A DNA stretch of 63,215 nucleotides, the filler included, from Octopus bimaculoides (taxonomy: Eukaryota), in NCBI RefSeq assembly GCF_001194135.2. It is 3 parts of 2 records of this genome, joined end to end, with 100 filler letters (N's around TTAATTAATTAA, not from the genome) between each part and the next. Parts side by side here need not be neighbours in the genome. Positions count along the whole stretch, not along the records: positions 25,349 to 42,191 come from NC_068984.1; positions 42,292 to 63,215 come from NC_068982.1; 1 more part is not named here. The stretch is one strand, 5' to 3'. Position 1 is the stretch's first letter. Each line of letters begins with the position of its first letter. The translations under genes and the position numbers were made by a program. Below are positions 37,319 through 49,499 of this stretch, one piece after another. The notes under the pieces were generated by a model that saw only the letters and a list, made by a program, of their open reading frames with translations, did no database searches and was not told the origin of the DNA.

Positions 37319-37548
37319 CATACATATATGATAGACAGACAGACAGACAAATAGATAGATAGATAGATATACAACGGGCTAGCCCGGTTTTCATATAACA
37401 CATTCCTTCGCAAGACGTTCATCGGGTCGGGTCGGATTGGGTCGAGACTATAATAGAAGATACCCAAGTTACAACGCAGTGGGACCGAACTCGAAACCAC
37501 ATGGTTGCAAAGTGAGCTTCTTAACCATACAGCCATGCCTATGAAATA
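37015..37548 (-). mobile_element. SINE family B, full length, expanded internal microsatellite
   Basis: cttgtttcagccattgaactgcagc ... gcagtgggaccgaactcgaaaccacatggttgcaaagtgagcttcttaaccatacagcc. Confidence 0.8.
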
Positions 37549-38046
37549 ATGAATCTCAATATAACAAGCCTCAACTTTATTCGCAATTTATTTCTCAGAT
37601 TTTAAAACGTTTCACAACATTCCCTTGTGAGCAGTTAGAACTTTCTAATTCTTTTCACTATCATCTAAAGTTACTTTCCTCATATCTTTAATGCGCAGTA
37701 ACATGCTATCACATAATTCGACAGGTTATCAACATCCTACTTGAATAACCAATAGGGAAACATACCATTTCCTTATCTATTAATCCGTTTTCTAAATTTA
37801 GTTTAACTCCGATAGTGAGGCTACGGGTCTTCTGCATGTTTTTTTTGTTATGTATTTTTAAATTACGTTACGAAAATTAGATCTAGCTAATAAGAATTTC
37901 GTCGCCATGTTAGTTTCAGCGTTAGATAGTATGCATACCTTTTGTTGAATGGCAAACGGATGAGGCAATTCTTTCCAGGTTAAAAGAGTTCTGTTTTTCG
38001 TCAAGAAAATATTTCTAAATCAAATACTAATTCTGATGGATATATA

Positions 38047-38242
38047 CGGAGTAGGCCAAAAGCGACGCACAAAACAAGCTCAATACGCTTCGAAATTGTC
38101 AGACATACTTCAGTATTTCTTAAATTGAATAAAATAATGACGAATACACTCGTACTTGTACATTATGGACAAAATTAATAATAATCATAATAATGTAATT
38201 TAAATATCAAATGTTTTGGTGCGTGACTTTTGGCCCACCCTA
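38047..38242. mobile_element. ~196-bp Tc1/mariner-type MITE with TA TSD
   Basis: TA|cggagtaggccaaaagcgacgcac ... gtgcgtgacttttggcccacccta|TA (imperfect TIRs). Confidence 0.75.
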
Positions 38243-38299
38243 TACATATACACGTACATATGTGTGTATGTGTGTGACAGTGTGTGTGAGTATGTTATA

Positions 38300-38640
38300 A
38301 TAATTCAGCCTGTCATTACGTTACTTAGCCCGTCGGTAACGCTTTCACGTGATTAGAAAGAGGGAGAAAGAAAAGTGGGAGAGAGAAAAAGTGGGTGAGA
38401 GAAGCGTTCATGACGTGAGGTAGAGGGAACGTAATTGTAACGCTTTCACTTGATTAGTTGAAGGGAAAGAGAGAATGAGAGAACGAAAAAGAAGAGAGAA
38501 AAAGAGGATAAAGCGAAGATTGAGGTGGAAAGAGAGAGAAAGAAAAAGAGGGATAGAGAAAAGACGGAGAGAGAAGCGTCCATGATATGTGGTAGGGGAA
38601 ACGTAATATTTATTATGTGATGAAAAAATGTTAGTTGAAG
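38300..38640 (+). repeat. Purine-rich duplicated unit, possibly Helitron-internal
   Basis: gtaacgctttcac(g/t)tgattag...gagagaagcgt(t/c)catga...aacgtaat occurs twice in tandem, upstream of the Helitron helicase fragment. Confidence 0.55.
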
Positions 38641-38702
38641 GTAGTGATATACAGGAGAGTTAAGAATATAATTTTAGCAGAGGGGTGATGTTTGATGGCG
38701 AG

Positions 38703-38762
<60 letters not shown>

Positions 38763-38775
38763 AAGAGAGAGAGAT

Positions 38776-38834
<59 letters not shown>

Positions 38835-38937
38835 ATGGTGGTGGTGGAGGCGGCGATGATGAGTTCATAGTGAAAACTAATTTCTTTTCAATTGAACTAA
38901 GTTTTTTATATCACCTATTACTTAACGTAGGCGCATC

Positions 38938-39203
38938 CCAAACTTGCTTTCACTTTAAAAAGAAACCAGTTTCCCGTTCGTCTGTCATGTGCAATGACTC
39001 TCAAAAAATCACAAGGGCAGACATTTGATAAAGTGAGGTTGTTCTTGTCAGAACCTGTATTTGGCCGTGGTAAGCTATATGTTGCATTCTCAAGGGCTGG
39101 CAAATTACTTGATGTAAGAGTTAAAGTTATCAACAATGACAAACAAGGGAAAAGAGTGAGAACTTACACGTAGAACATAATCTGTGAAGAAGTATTGGAT
39201 TGA
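38938..39203 (+). mobile_element. Helitron Pif1-like helicase C-terminal fragment
   Basis: FTLKRNQFPVRLSCAMTLKKSQGQTFDKV...EPVFGRGKLYVAFSR...T*NIICEEVLD* (helicase motifs QFPVRL, KSQGQT, LYVAFSR). Confidence 0.9.
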
Positions 39204-39954
39204 AAGGTGTACGTACGCAAATTGAAATGTGTATTGGCTCTGACCCATCGCCTGGGCTTATAGGTTACCAACGATGTGGTTTTCAGAGTATGCCATGTTG
39301 CATTAAATTTTTATCCCCGTGAAATTGTGAACCCTATATTTTACATATAAAGTATTTTTTGTTTACTATAAAATTTTTGTTTTCTAGATATGAAATTGTG
39401 ATCATGTAAATTTTTAAATGTAATTGTTTTTCTGTTTATGGGAAAAACGCAAAAATAAGATTGAATATTTATTTTATGAACGCTGTGTATTAAGTCTATA
39501 AAATTGTACATAAAGTATGCAAAGTATATATATATATATATATATATATATNNNNNNNNNNNNNNNNNNNNNNNNNNNNNNNNNNNNNNNNNNNNNNNNN
39601 NNNNNNNNNNNNNNNNNNNNNNNNNNNNNNNNNNNNNNNNNNNNNNNNNNNNNNNNNNNNNNNNNNNNNNNNNNNNNNNNNNNNNNNNNNNNNNNNNNNN
39701 NNNNNNNNNNNNNNNNNNNNNNNNNNNNNNNNNNNNNNNNNNNNNNNNNNNNNNNNNNNNNNNNNNNNNNNNNNNNNNNNNNNNNNNNNNNNNNNNNNNN
39801 NNNNNNNNNNNNNNNNNNNNNNNNNNNNNNNNNNNNNNNNNNNNNNNNNNATATATATATATATATACATGTATATAAAGATTATTTATCTATTAGTGTA
39901 TACATATATGTATACACATCTTCAGACGTATATTTTATAATTTATCACACAGAA

Positions 39955-40749
39955 TCATGTGCATTCTGGCAGTTCTCTTCGTTCGATGCGTTTAAAAGAC
40001 TAGTCAAGAGTGCCTTGAACCGTCTTCTTTTCGTCAAGGATTACGTTTTAAGGAGCAAAAGCTTCGTCACAAGACCCCCCACAAACTTGGAAAAGCGTTG
40101 AGCATTTGGATCCATATCTTCGAACATATCAAGACCTTTCTCGATGCGTGCAAATGCTTGCTGCATTTTCTTAATGGTGAAGTGGTGTGGCACAGGTTCG
40201 ACTTGCTCTTCTTTATTTTGTTGCTCGTTTTCTTCGATGAGATTCTTCAATGTCGCAGGAGGTTCCGCTGCTGCGTGTTCGTCAGCTGAGACGCTTTCAC
40301 CTGGCTTCTTAAGGAAGTGATAACTTCTTCGGTCTTTAAATCTCATAAACCATTCATGATTTGCCTTGAACTCTACATCTTTCTCATCTGGATATTTTTT
40401 CTTCAGGTCCTCAAATAAAGACAACGCTTTTTCCTTGATGATTTCTTGACTAACAGTAGCATTCTGACGATTCTGCCTATCAATTCAAATAATTAGAAGA
40501 CTTCCCATTTCTTCCAAGATTTTGCCTCTTTCCTTGTTGATGACAGTGTTCTTCATCCCTGGGGCTTCAGATGTGATATGTGTTAACATCTTGTCCTTAT
40601 TATGCACAATTGTCCGACTCATCCCCTAAAGCTCATGCAATCGCTACAACATTTTCACCTTTATCATGACGTTTTATGATCGCCAGATTATAATCCGGCG
40701 TTATAGCATGGTGCTTAGCACTTTCACCAGGACTTTTCTTAGGAGGCAT
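39955..40749 (-). mobile_element. Tigger/pogo (CENP-B-like) transposase remnant, DDE domain deleted
   Basis: MPPKKSPGESAK...IIKRHDKGENVVAIA...EMGSLLII...EIIKEKALSLFEDLKKKYP...EFKANHEWFMRFK...GESVSAD, joined directly to the C-terminal HFTIKKMQQAFARIEKGLDMFEDMDPNAQRF. Confidence 0.88.
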
Positions 40750-41207
40750 GGAGTCAAAAATGAAAGCTACAAATGAATGTGAATAAAAGAATCTAAACGA
40801 TAAACAGATGTAAACAAATCTGAATTCAAAACAATCGCGGGAATCACGACGACGCCTAACGGTACATATTGGAACTACCAGTGCAATATGAGCTCCGAAA
40901 GACCGATAACTAAGACAACACAGCTGATTTCATGCTTTAGTGAACCAGGCTACACTACTTTATGATGTGTATTTTAACATTTACTGTATTTTAATATGAT
41001 TTTATATGCTTTTATTCTTATTTATTGTAACATGATTTTACATGCTTTTAATGTTTTCTTTAGTGTTTTTACGATTCCAATATTATTGATGAGCCGACGT
41101 AAAGTAAAAAAAAAAACGACTTGACTTGGTTTTTATTTTTCCATATATTAGTTTTGAAAACTGACGTATCTTTGAGAAAGACTTAAGTCGAAACGATTAT
41201 ACATAGG

Positions 41208-41396
41208 GAGAATTCACAGCCCAAAAAGACAACACACGAAGACAGGTGGTGTAGAAAACAAATAGATGTATTAGTATAACGCTCGGGAATTGAGAAAGTC
41301 TTTAACGTTTCGAGCCTACGCTCTTTCACAGAAAGGAACACAGAAAGAAACAAGGAGAGAAAAAAATGTATGTAGTGGTCAGCGATCTATCATGGC
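41208..41396 (-). mobile_element. Penelope-like terminal repeat (pLTR) with hammerhead-like motif, copy 1
   Basis: Reverse complement reads cttt-ctgtgaa-a-gagc-gtag-gctc-gaaacgtt-aaag. Homologous to 45600-45757 and 62888-63078. Confidence 0.65.
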
Positions 41397-41429
<33 letters not shown>

Positions 41430-42291
41430 NNNNNNNNNNNNNNNNNNNNNNNNNNNNNNNNNNNNNNNNNNNNNNNNNNNNNNNNNNNNNNNNNNNNNNN
41501 NNNNNNNNNNNNNNNNNNNNNNNNNNNNNNNNNNNNNNNNNNNNNNNNNNNNNNNNNNNNNNNNNNNNNNNNNNNNNNNNNNNNNNNNNNNNNNNNNNNN
41601 NNNNNNNNNNNNNNNNNNNNNNNNNNNNNNNNNNNNNNNNNNNNNNNNNNNNNNNNNNNNNNNNNNNNNNNNNNNNNNNNNNNNNNNNNNNNNNNNNNNN
41701 NNNNNNNNNNNNNNNNNNNNNNNNNNNNNNNNNNNNNNNNNNNNNNNNATATATATATTGGCTTCTGTGCAGCAGTTTCCGCCTACCAAATTGTACTGAG
41801 TAATTTCTTCCTCTTTTGAACTGCCGTATTACAGTTAGAATATATACAGTTAATATTCTATTTACTATTGTTCCGGTCGATATCGCTTCCCGTCGTCTTT
41901 AGTTGACACACTTTCATACACACACACACACGCACGCACACACACACGCACACACTCGAAGTTCTGCTCTTGTAACAGTTCTATTGCAATTCACTAAATC
42001 ACGGGAATCCAGTTAACCTCTTGCCTATCAGTATAATATAAATATATGGTAGATGTCAAGCAGAAAGTAACACGGAAAGACAGAAAGGAAGAAAGAGTGA
42101 TATTTGTGTCGAAAAGGAGAGAGAAAGATATATATATATATATATTTTGTATGTGTATGTGTGTAGGAGAGACAGAGAAAAGCAGAGAGATNNNNNNNNN
42201 NNNNNNNNNNNNNNNNNNNNNNNNNNNNNNNNNNNTTAATTAATTAANNNNNNNNNNNNNNNNNNNNNNNNNNNNNNNNNNNNNNNNNNNN

Positions 42292-42355
<64 letters not shown>

Positions 42356-42362
42356 CAATAAC

Positions 42363-42430
<68 letters not shown>

Positions 42431-42432
42431 TG
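42292..42432. repeat. (TAA)n microsatellite
   Basis: Directly visible. Confidence 0.95.
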
Positions 42433-43789
42433 ATAATAAAAGGAAGAAAGATGTAGCCAATTGCAAAGACGAAACATGAAAAGCAAAAGCAATCGAGAAT
42501 GAAACAATAACACAACTTCATCAACAATAACATTAATAACCACACACTAATAACTGAACGATAATAACTGAAGATAAAAATAGATGAATCAAAGCTTAAG
42601 TATGGCTACAGTGTAAACGACGCGCTATTTTGTGAGGAATGTGTGGACAAACAGAGCCGCCAGTAAATTCTGTACGAAAGAGATTTAACATTTCTCTTCC
42701 TTTTTGTATATTTTTATTTTTAAGTAGGCTTGGTTTCTGGTCGAAATTAACGGACGTTATTTTCTTCGATGTGTTCAGACATTTACAAACCAATCGATGC
42801 AGTTTATAATGCATTTAGATTGCATCCGCATTTAACTCTTCTTTTCAAATCAAAGACAGTAAGTGCAATAAGTGCGCATTGATAAATTCAACTCTCTAAA
42901 CGTAAAATCGATCGATAGAACTGGCATGTTTGTAACATGCAATTTTGGTTGAGAGATAATCAAACGTAATAGCAAAATGGTTAAAAAACATTTAAATATG
43001 TACTGCACAAAATTATATCAATTTAAAGCTATGTTGGTGAGAACAGAACAGAACCAGATATAAATTAAGGAAGTTCGTAAATATTTATCCAACTTGCTAT
43101 GTGACGTATCTAGCTAATCAACTGGTTGTTAGTTATGAAATTCGAAATTTCCTGGAGAAGAGGAATGGAGAGTTGTGACATTCTTGCTTTTCTCAAGGGC
43201 AATCGAAGTGAATAGAATGGAAACGAGTGACGTAATAGGAAAACTCTGGGAATTTATTTCTAAACTCAGGAAAACTAGCTACGTCGTGTTGAATGAGAGG
43301 TTAAAGCATAAACTTCAAGTTTTCATTTAGAGATTGAAATTATTGAGTTCTTCATTGCAAATAAGACAACGAATGCTATAGGGGAGGAGCAGAGAAGTAA
43401 AAATGTTGTTATTTAGAAATAGTTCAGTAATGGTTCCATTTGTGATTATCACATGTTTATTAGTTTATCAGTGGCTACACTGTTCAAAGTGTCCTTTATT
43501 TAGATGGTAGGGTGTGATTCGAGGTAGATTTGGTCGTCGTCATCTTTAGCAGCTTCATTGACGTCGTAGAAACTCTCCCTCTCTCTAATTGGTTGAAATA
43601 AATCAGTTTAACGTTTATGCCGTTCTCATGTGTATTAGCATAATAAGTGAAACAAATATTAAATATTTAAATACTTCAAACTATTTTAGAAAAATTATGC
43701 CAACTATAAACATTCTACATTAAGGAAATGACAATCTTATCTCTCTCAACGGCACAATTATTGTTCTTATCAAAGAAACATCCTACTTC

Positions 43790-44330
43790 ACGCTGTCTAA
43801 TCTTGGACAGTATACGAATAAAATCCTCAAATATTAAGCATCCAATGCAGATGTTGCTCAGTTCTTGACCTATTTCAATTATACCCACCTACAAATAATG
43901 CTGTATCTCATTTGGAACGGTGCTACTGTTGCACATACGAACATCTTATATTTATCCAAAACAAAGCCATTCAACTGTTTTGTCAAAGATCCACTCACCT
44001 TCACTGTACGCCCACAGGCTCACAGCTATACTGTGTATTCACTGCTAATTTTATCGCTATAATAAGGGTCTCTGATTCATTAAACTGGCTGGGTCAATAC
44101 AGCTCCTCCCCAGCATCGATATATCCGTCTCTCATTCTCTCGGTCTAAGGACCAGTACAAACCACTTCACGCAATCCTTTTTTATCAGATTTCTCTCTGC
44201 TCACATTTTCTCTACCGCACGTCGAATTATAAATGCTCAAGCTGAGCATAACTGTATCAATCAGATCTTTCTAGTAGGGTCATGAAGCGCCACGGATTTC
44301 GTTCCTTTTGTCTAAAACCATAAAAAAAAC
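43790..44330 (+). mobile_element. CR1/L2-group LINE, RT C-terminal remnant
   Basis: LIWNGATVAHTNIL...QNKAIQL...DPLTFT..PQAHS, resembling the HIWGGA...LDRIQKKAIRL...LQPLAHRR region. Confidence 0.6.
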
Positions 44331-44516
44331 CAGATTGCGATTCCAGTATCCACACCAAGCGTATTTTATCATGCGATGTCACTCGCTGGTTACATTTGAA
44401 CCAGATTTAAATATTGTAATGTTTAACTGATACATTGAATCCATACCACAGACGTTATACTTGGCAGTTAATCAATGTTGCATTGTCAGACGAACATTAT
44501 TTTTTACATGATTATA

Positions 44517-44723
44517 CAGGGTGTCCACAAAGTCTGGGTACACGGGGTTTAGCACATACTTTTAAAACAAAACAATTTTATTTAATTATAATGTTAATAA
44601 ATAAATCTGTAATCTTTGAGTAAACTTTCTCTTTCAATATACCCCAGAAAAAGAAGTCTTATATTTAATTGCTTATGTTATGATTTTATTTACTCCATGT
44701 ACCCAGACTTTGTGGACACCCTG
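44517..44723. mobile_element. 207-bp Tc1/mariner-type MITE, perfect 26-bp TIRs, TA TSD
   Basis: TA|cagggtgtccacaaagtctgggtaca ... tgtacccagactttgtggacaccctg|TA. Confidence 0.95.
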
Positions 44724-45599
44724 TAGTGTGAGGAGATAAAAGTATATTGTCTCCTTTTGATACCAACCCGTCAATGACGCACCCTGATTCTATGATACAA
44801 ACTTCTCTTTTAAGATGACCTAAATTAAAACATCTCATTAAAATTTCATGTTAATTTTTAAGTTCCAAAACCAGCTTAATGATAAATCAATTTTACTACA
44901 TTCTTCACTATTTTCAAAACTGACTGACACAAAGGCAGTGTATTTCAACAGGGATGTGATCGGGTTGCACTAGTTATAATTTTTCCGAAAGCTATAGCAT
45001 TGGAAGCGAAATTATTTTATGAAGGTAAAGAAAACAGACTTGAAACACGAAACTTACTTCTAAATACTTATATGCTATTATAACGTATTGTCATATATAT
45101 TTTATATTCTATATTTATTTTTCCACATCGCCATATTATATTACCATCTTACTATCATCCTTTGTATTATGTTACGGGAGAAAATATATTTTCTGCAAGT
45201 CAGCTCGTTTTTTGTGACATTAATACAGAAAAAAAGCATAACATACGACCATAATTAGTTTTCATCTCTTTTCATAAGAGTCATAAGAGAAATAGTTATG
45301 TATCTCTTCTATATGTTTTTTGACTTTTAGCTTCAAGACTTCCTGAGATGTTAAGCTATAATACACATCTTGCCCTATAATAATACCGTGAGATGACATT
45401 GAAAATAACGAAAGTGGGGGATAATAAAATACAGTTTAGATGATGTTTTCGACTACACACCAGAAACTTCTTTTAATTCACACGAGCGCGCACACAGACG
45501 CATATATGTGAATATATATGCATGTGTATTTATATGTATGTGTGTGATTGTGTATATATACATATATTTACATATGTATGTATGCGTGTGCATGCGTGT

Positions 45600-45757
45600 G
45601 TGCCGTGTTTTTCTCCTTGTCTCCGTATTCTTTCTGTTGAAGAGCGTAGCTCGAAACGTCAAAGACTTTCCGTATTCCCGAGCGTCATACTAATATATCC
45701 TTTTGTTATTTACACCACCTGTCCTCGTCTGTTGTTATTATTTGTATATTCTCCCAT
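45600..45757 (+). mobile_element. Penelope-like terminal repeat with hammerhead-like motif, copy 2
   Basis: tcttt-ctgttga-a-gagc-gta-gctc-gaaacgtc-aaaga at 45629-45665, followed by cccgagcgtcatactaat...tacaccacctgtc. Confidence 0.7.
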
Positions 45758-46369
45758 NNNNNNNNNNNNNNNNNNNNNNNNNNNNNNNNNNNNNNNNNNN
45801 NNNNNNNNNNNNNNNNNNNNNNNNNNNNNNNNNNNNNNNNNNNNNNNNNNNNNNNNNNNNNNNNNNNNNNNNNNNNNNNNNNNNNNNNNNNNNNNNNNNN
45901 NNNNNNNNNNNNNNNNNNNNNNNNNNNNNNNNNNNNNNNNNNNNNNNNNNNNNNNNNNNNNNNNNNNNNNNNNNNNNNNNNNNNNNNNNNNNNNNNNNNN
46001 NNNNNNNNNNNNNNNNNNNNNNNNNNNNNNNNNNNNNNNNNNNNNNNNNNNNNNNNNNNNNNNNNNNNNNNNNNNNNNNNNNNNNNNNNNNNNNNNNNNN
46101 NNNNNNNNNNNNNNNNNNNNNNNNNNNNNNNNNNNNNNNNNNNNNNNNNNNNNNNNNNNNNNNNNNNNNNNNNNNNNNNNNNNNNNNNNNNNNNNNNNNN
46201 NNNNNNNNNNNNNNNNNNNNNNNNNNNNNNNNNNNNNNNNNNNNNNNNNNNNNNNNNNNNNNNNNNNNNNNNNNNNNNNNNNNNNNNNNNNNNNNNNNNN
46301 NNNNNNNNNNNNNNNATGAATTTTTTTCATTACGAAATTTTTTTCATTATTTTTTTCATTATGAGTTTT

Positions 46370-46650
46370 TTTTCACGCTGACTACTTGATAAATTCTTAT
46401 AAAGAATTTATCCTATATTTTATTATAAATAATTAGAATATATTCAGTGCTGAATATCATTCTGTATAAGCACATGTTACTGAGATGCAACCGGATAAAT
46501 TCAAATCTCTTTCATGGATATATAATTATGGACAGAAGTCATCGTACTGTGGTGGCTACATCGTGGTATGTTGATTCTTGTTTATTTTTATGTATCTTTA
46601 TTTTCACGCTGACTACTTGATAAATTCTTATAAAGAATTTATCCTATATT
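46370..46650. repeat. Perfect 50-bp direct repeat (46370-46419 and 46601-46650) containing an 11-bp hairpin
   Basis: ttttcacgctgactacttgataaattcttataaagaatttatcctatatt occurs twice, identical. Confidence 0.9.
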
Positions 46651-46802
46651 ATATTATATATATATATATATATATACATGTGTGTGTGTGTGTGTATGTG
46701 TGTGTGTATGTGTATATACATATATTTACATATGTGTGTATGCGTGTACGTGCGTGTGCGTGTGAGTGTTATATGTGTGTGCGCATGCGCGTGCATGCAT
46801 GT

Positions 46803-46950
46803 ATAAGGCGAATTGGTCGAGCCGTTAAAGTGCCAAAACTTACTTTGTAGTAACTATTCCGATTTTCTACGCTCCGAGTTCCAATACCACCGACATCAAC
46901 TTTGCTTTCATTTCGAAGTCGATAAACACGGTATCAGTTCAATACTGAGG
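46803..46950 (+). mobile_element. SINE family A, decayed
   Basis: aaggcgaattggtcgagccgtta...ccgagttccaatacc...caactttgctttcat...gtcgataaa. Confidence 0.6.
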
Positions 46951-47141
46951 TCGCTTCTTCTCTGTCTGACCGTCTTTCTATCTGTCTGTCTGTCTGTATG
47001 GAATCGGGTGTGTTCAAACCTGGGGAAAGATGAGTTTCACAAGATCTAATTATGCCTAAAACGGCTGTATATCACGATGACGGACCTACGACTTCAATAG
47101 GAGTTGAGGGCATTAGGCAAGGTAAAACTGTATGTATGTAT

Positions 47142-47274
<133 letters not shown>

Positions 47275-47471
47275 CCTCTGTGTGTGTTCACCCCACCAGC
47301 CACTCTGTTACCTACCTGTATGCGTATATGCATATACATACACGCATACTTACATATGCATATATGCATACATACATACATACATACATACATATACACA
47401 CATGTGTGTGCATATATTTAGTTAGCTTTAGCCACCACGGCCAAGGTCATGCTGGAGTATTGCCGTCAAAC

Positions 47472-47503
<32 letters not shown>

Positions 47504-48199
47504 TTATCTATTATCTATCTACATACATACATACATGCGTATACGTTTATATGCTTCCTTGATTCAATTGGAAGATCTGCTGCCACACACACACACACAC
47601 ACACACACGCACGCACATACACACACACACATTATTTAAAAAAGAACTATGTCCCAGTTTAATCTTTTTCATTAGGTTTGACCCGTATTTCCATACATGA
47701 TCCAAATAGTTTGGAACAATAAAGTTCTTAAATTCATTTTAATCAGCCTCAATCATCCACTTATAATTGGCTCACTTAGAGAGGAAAACAACTATTTCTG
47801 TAAGAATATTGACAGATTACCCATAAAGTTGAAAATAGGCACATAACAGAAAATGTAAATGTTAAAATCTGTAAACATTGTTTGGGCCGGTCTCAAACAT
47901 CTCTTAATCTTAAACATTTTTTGTTAACCTTAATCATATTTCGTTAAACTTAAGCATATTTTTAATTACTTCTACCCATGCTACCATTTTAACGGTCCTG
48001 TTAACATTGCGTATTCTTGTTAACTTTGAACATTTTCGATAACCATACGCATTCTTGTAAATCTTCAACATTTTTAATGAATTCTCTCCAAGGCGTAACT
48101 AAATCTTGTTCCGTGAAAAGAAACTTGTGGTGTATTTCTCAAACCACGAATTATAAAGTTAATAATAAAAATGATAAAGTACTTGTACTATAATACAAA

Positions 48200-48870
48200 G
48201 CAGTGAATCCCTTGGAGTTCCAAGATGCAACTGTAAATGTAGATTGTCATATTTTTGTGGAAGACATCACATGTGATTAGCAGCTGCCCAAAAATGTCAT
48301 CAAGATACTACCTCCTTATGCGACATGACATTGTCGCAAAAACAATATTCAATGCCGTTCGGGAAAAATACTACCCTGGAATAAATATAGAGAATCCCTG
48401 GTTATTGAATACGTACGCAAATATCAGCACAAGGAATACTAGTAGAGCATTCTCATCGAAACATCTGTTAGGTGAAAGTATAACAGGTCAGATATTGTAG
48501 TTCGGGACAGACAAGAAAAAGTACGTACGGTCAAAGAGGTCAGCTCTCCTGCTGATGTGGAATATCTCTTTGAAAATGAAAGAGACAGAAGATAACTATG
48601 GACAACTGCTTCGAAACCCCCAGCTTCTATATCCGGTTTAAAAATTTACATTTATACAAATAATAATTGGAGCATTTTGGTTTTGTAAGTCTAGATAAGC
48701 TTGGATTTTCCGGAAAAGAAATCAACCAACTGATTCGCACATTACAAATACAATCTGTAAGTGGAGCAGTAAAACTATGCAAGACTTTTCTCGGATTTAA
48801 AATGTGACATTGTTTTCGTTATCTACATTCCAAAGATGGATCTTTGTATCTTTACTAGAAACTAACATTT
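48200..48870 (+). mobile_element. R4/Dong-like LINE 3' end: zinc knuckle, RLE domain and 3' UTR
   Basis: C..CH...ED.THVISSCPKMSSRYYL.MRHDIVAK (CCHC knuckle), NRSDIVVRDRQEK...EVSSPAD (PD..D/E-x-K region), LQIQSVSGAVKLCKTF. Confidence 0.85.
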
Positions 48871-48944
48871 TCTTCATAGGAAGAATTTAAGTGATTAAAA
48901 AATAGAAGAAACATAGATAGATAGTTTCCTTCAACAAAATCAAT

Positions 48945-49065
48945 TAACAAGGCTTTTGTCGGATAGGAGCTATAGTAAAAGGCACTTGTCTAAGTTGCTT
49001 TGCATTGAGACTGAACTCGGAATCAAGTGGTTCAGCAAAATTCTTACCACTCAGCCACGCCTGCG
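48945..49065 (-). mobile_element. SINE family B head
   Basis: gctatagtaaaaggcacttgtctaag...gagactgaactcggaatc...cttaccactcagccac. Confidence 0.7.
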
Positions 49066-49281
49066 CCATGCTATTCGCAATTTTCAGTTGTATCATATTT
49101 CATACTTTTTATATTAAACACTCTATGTGTTTGTGCTTGTTTGTGAGTGTGTGTGAGTGTGTGCGTGCAAGTGCGTGCATGTGTACATGTAAATGAGAAA
49201 ATACAAATAGGTAGCACATTGGCCCATATCCGCACGTATGTTAGACGTTAAGCATATATGTATCTCTTTACTCCCATTCAT

Positions 49282-49499
49282 ATTGGTTTCAAATCTTGGC
49301 AGAAGACCAGTATTATCGGGAGAAGGGGGATAGTGTCAAGTACATCAACCCTAGTGTACAACTGGTACTTATTTTGCTAGTCCTTAAAAGATGAAAGGCA
49401 AATTCAAGCACGGCGGAATTTGAACTCAGAACGTAAAGACGGACGAAATGTTGCGAAGCATCTTGCCCGACGTGCTAACGATTCTGCCAGTTCGCCGCC
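49282..49499 (-). mobile_element. SINE family A, full length
   Basis: ttggtttcaaatcttggc...ctggtacttatttt...gatgaaaggcaaa...ggcggaatttgaactcagaacg...gtgctaacgattctgccagttcgccgcc. Confidence 0.9.

Noticed and set aside
42725-42858. Acceptor/donor pair (ttttaag ... ca|gtaagt)
   Set aside because: All three frames contain stops; at most a non-coding exon, with no further evidence.
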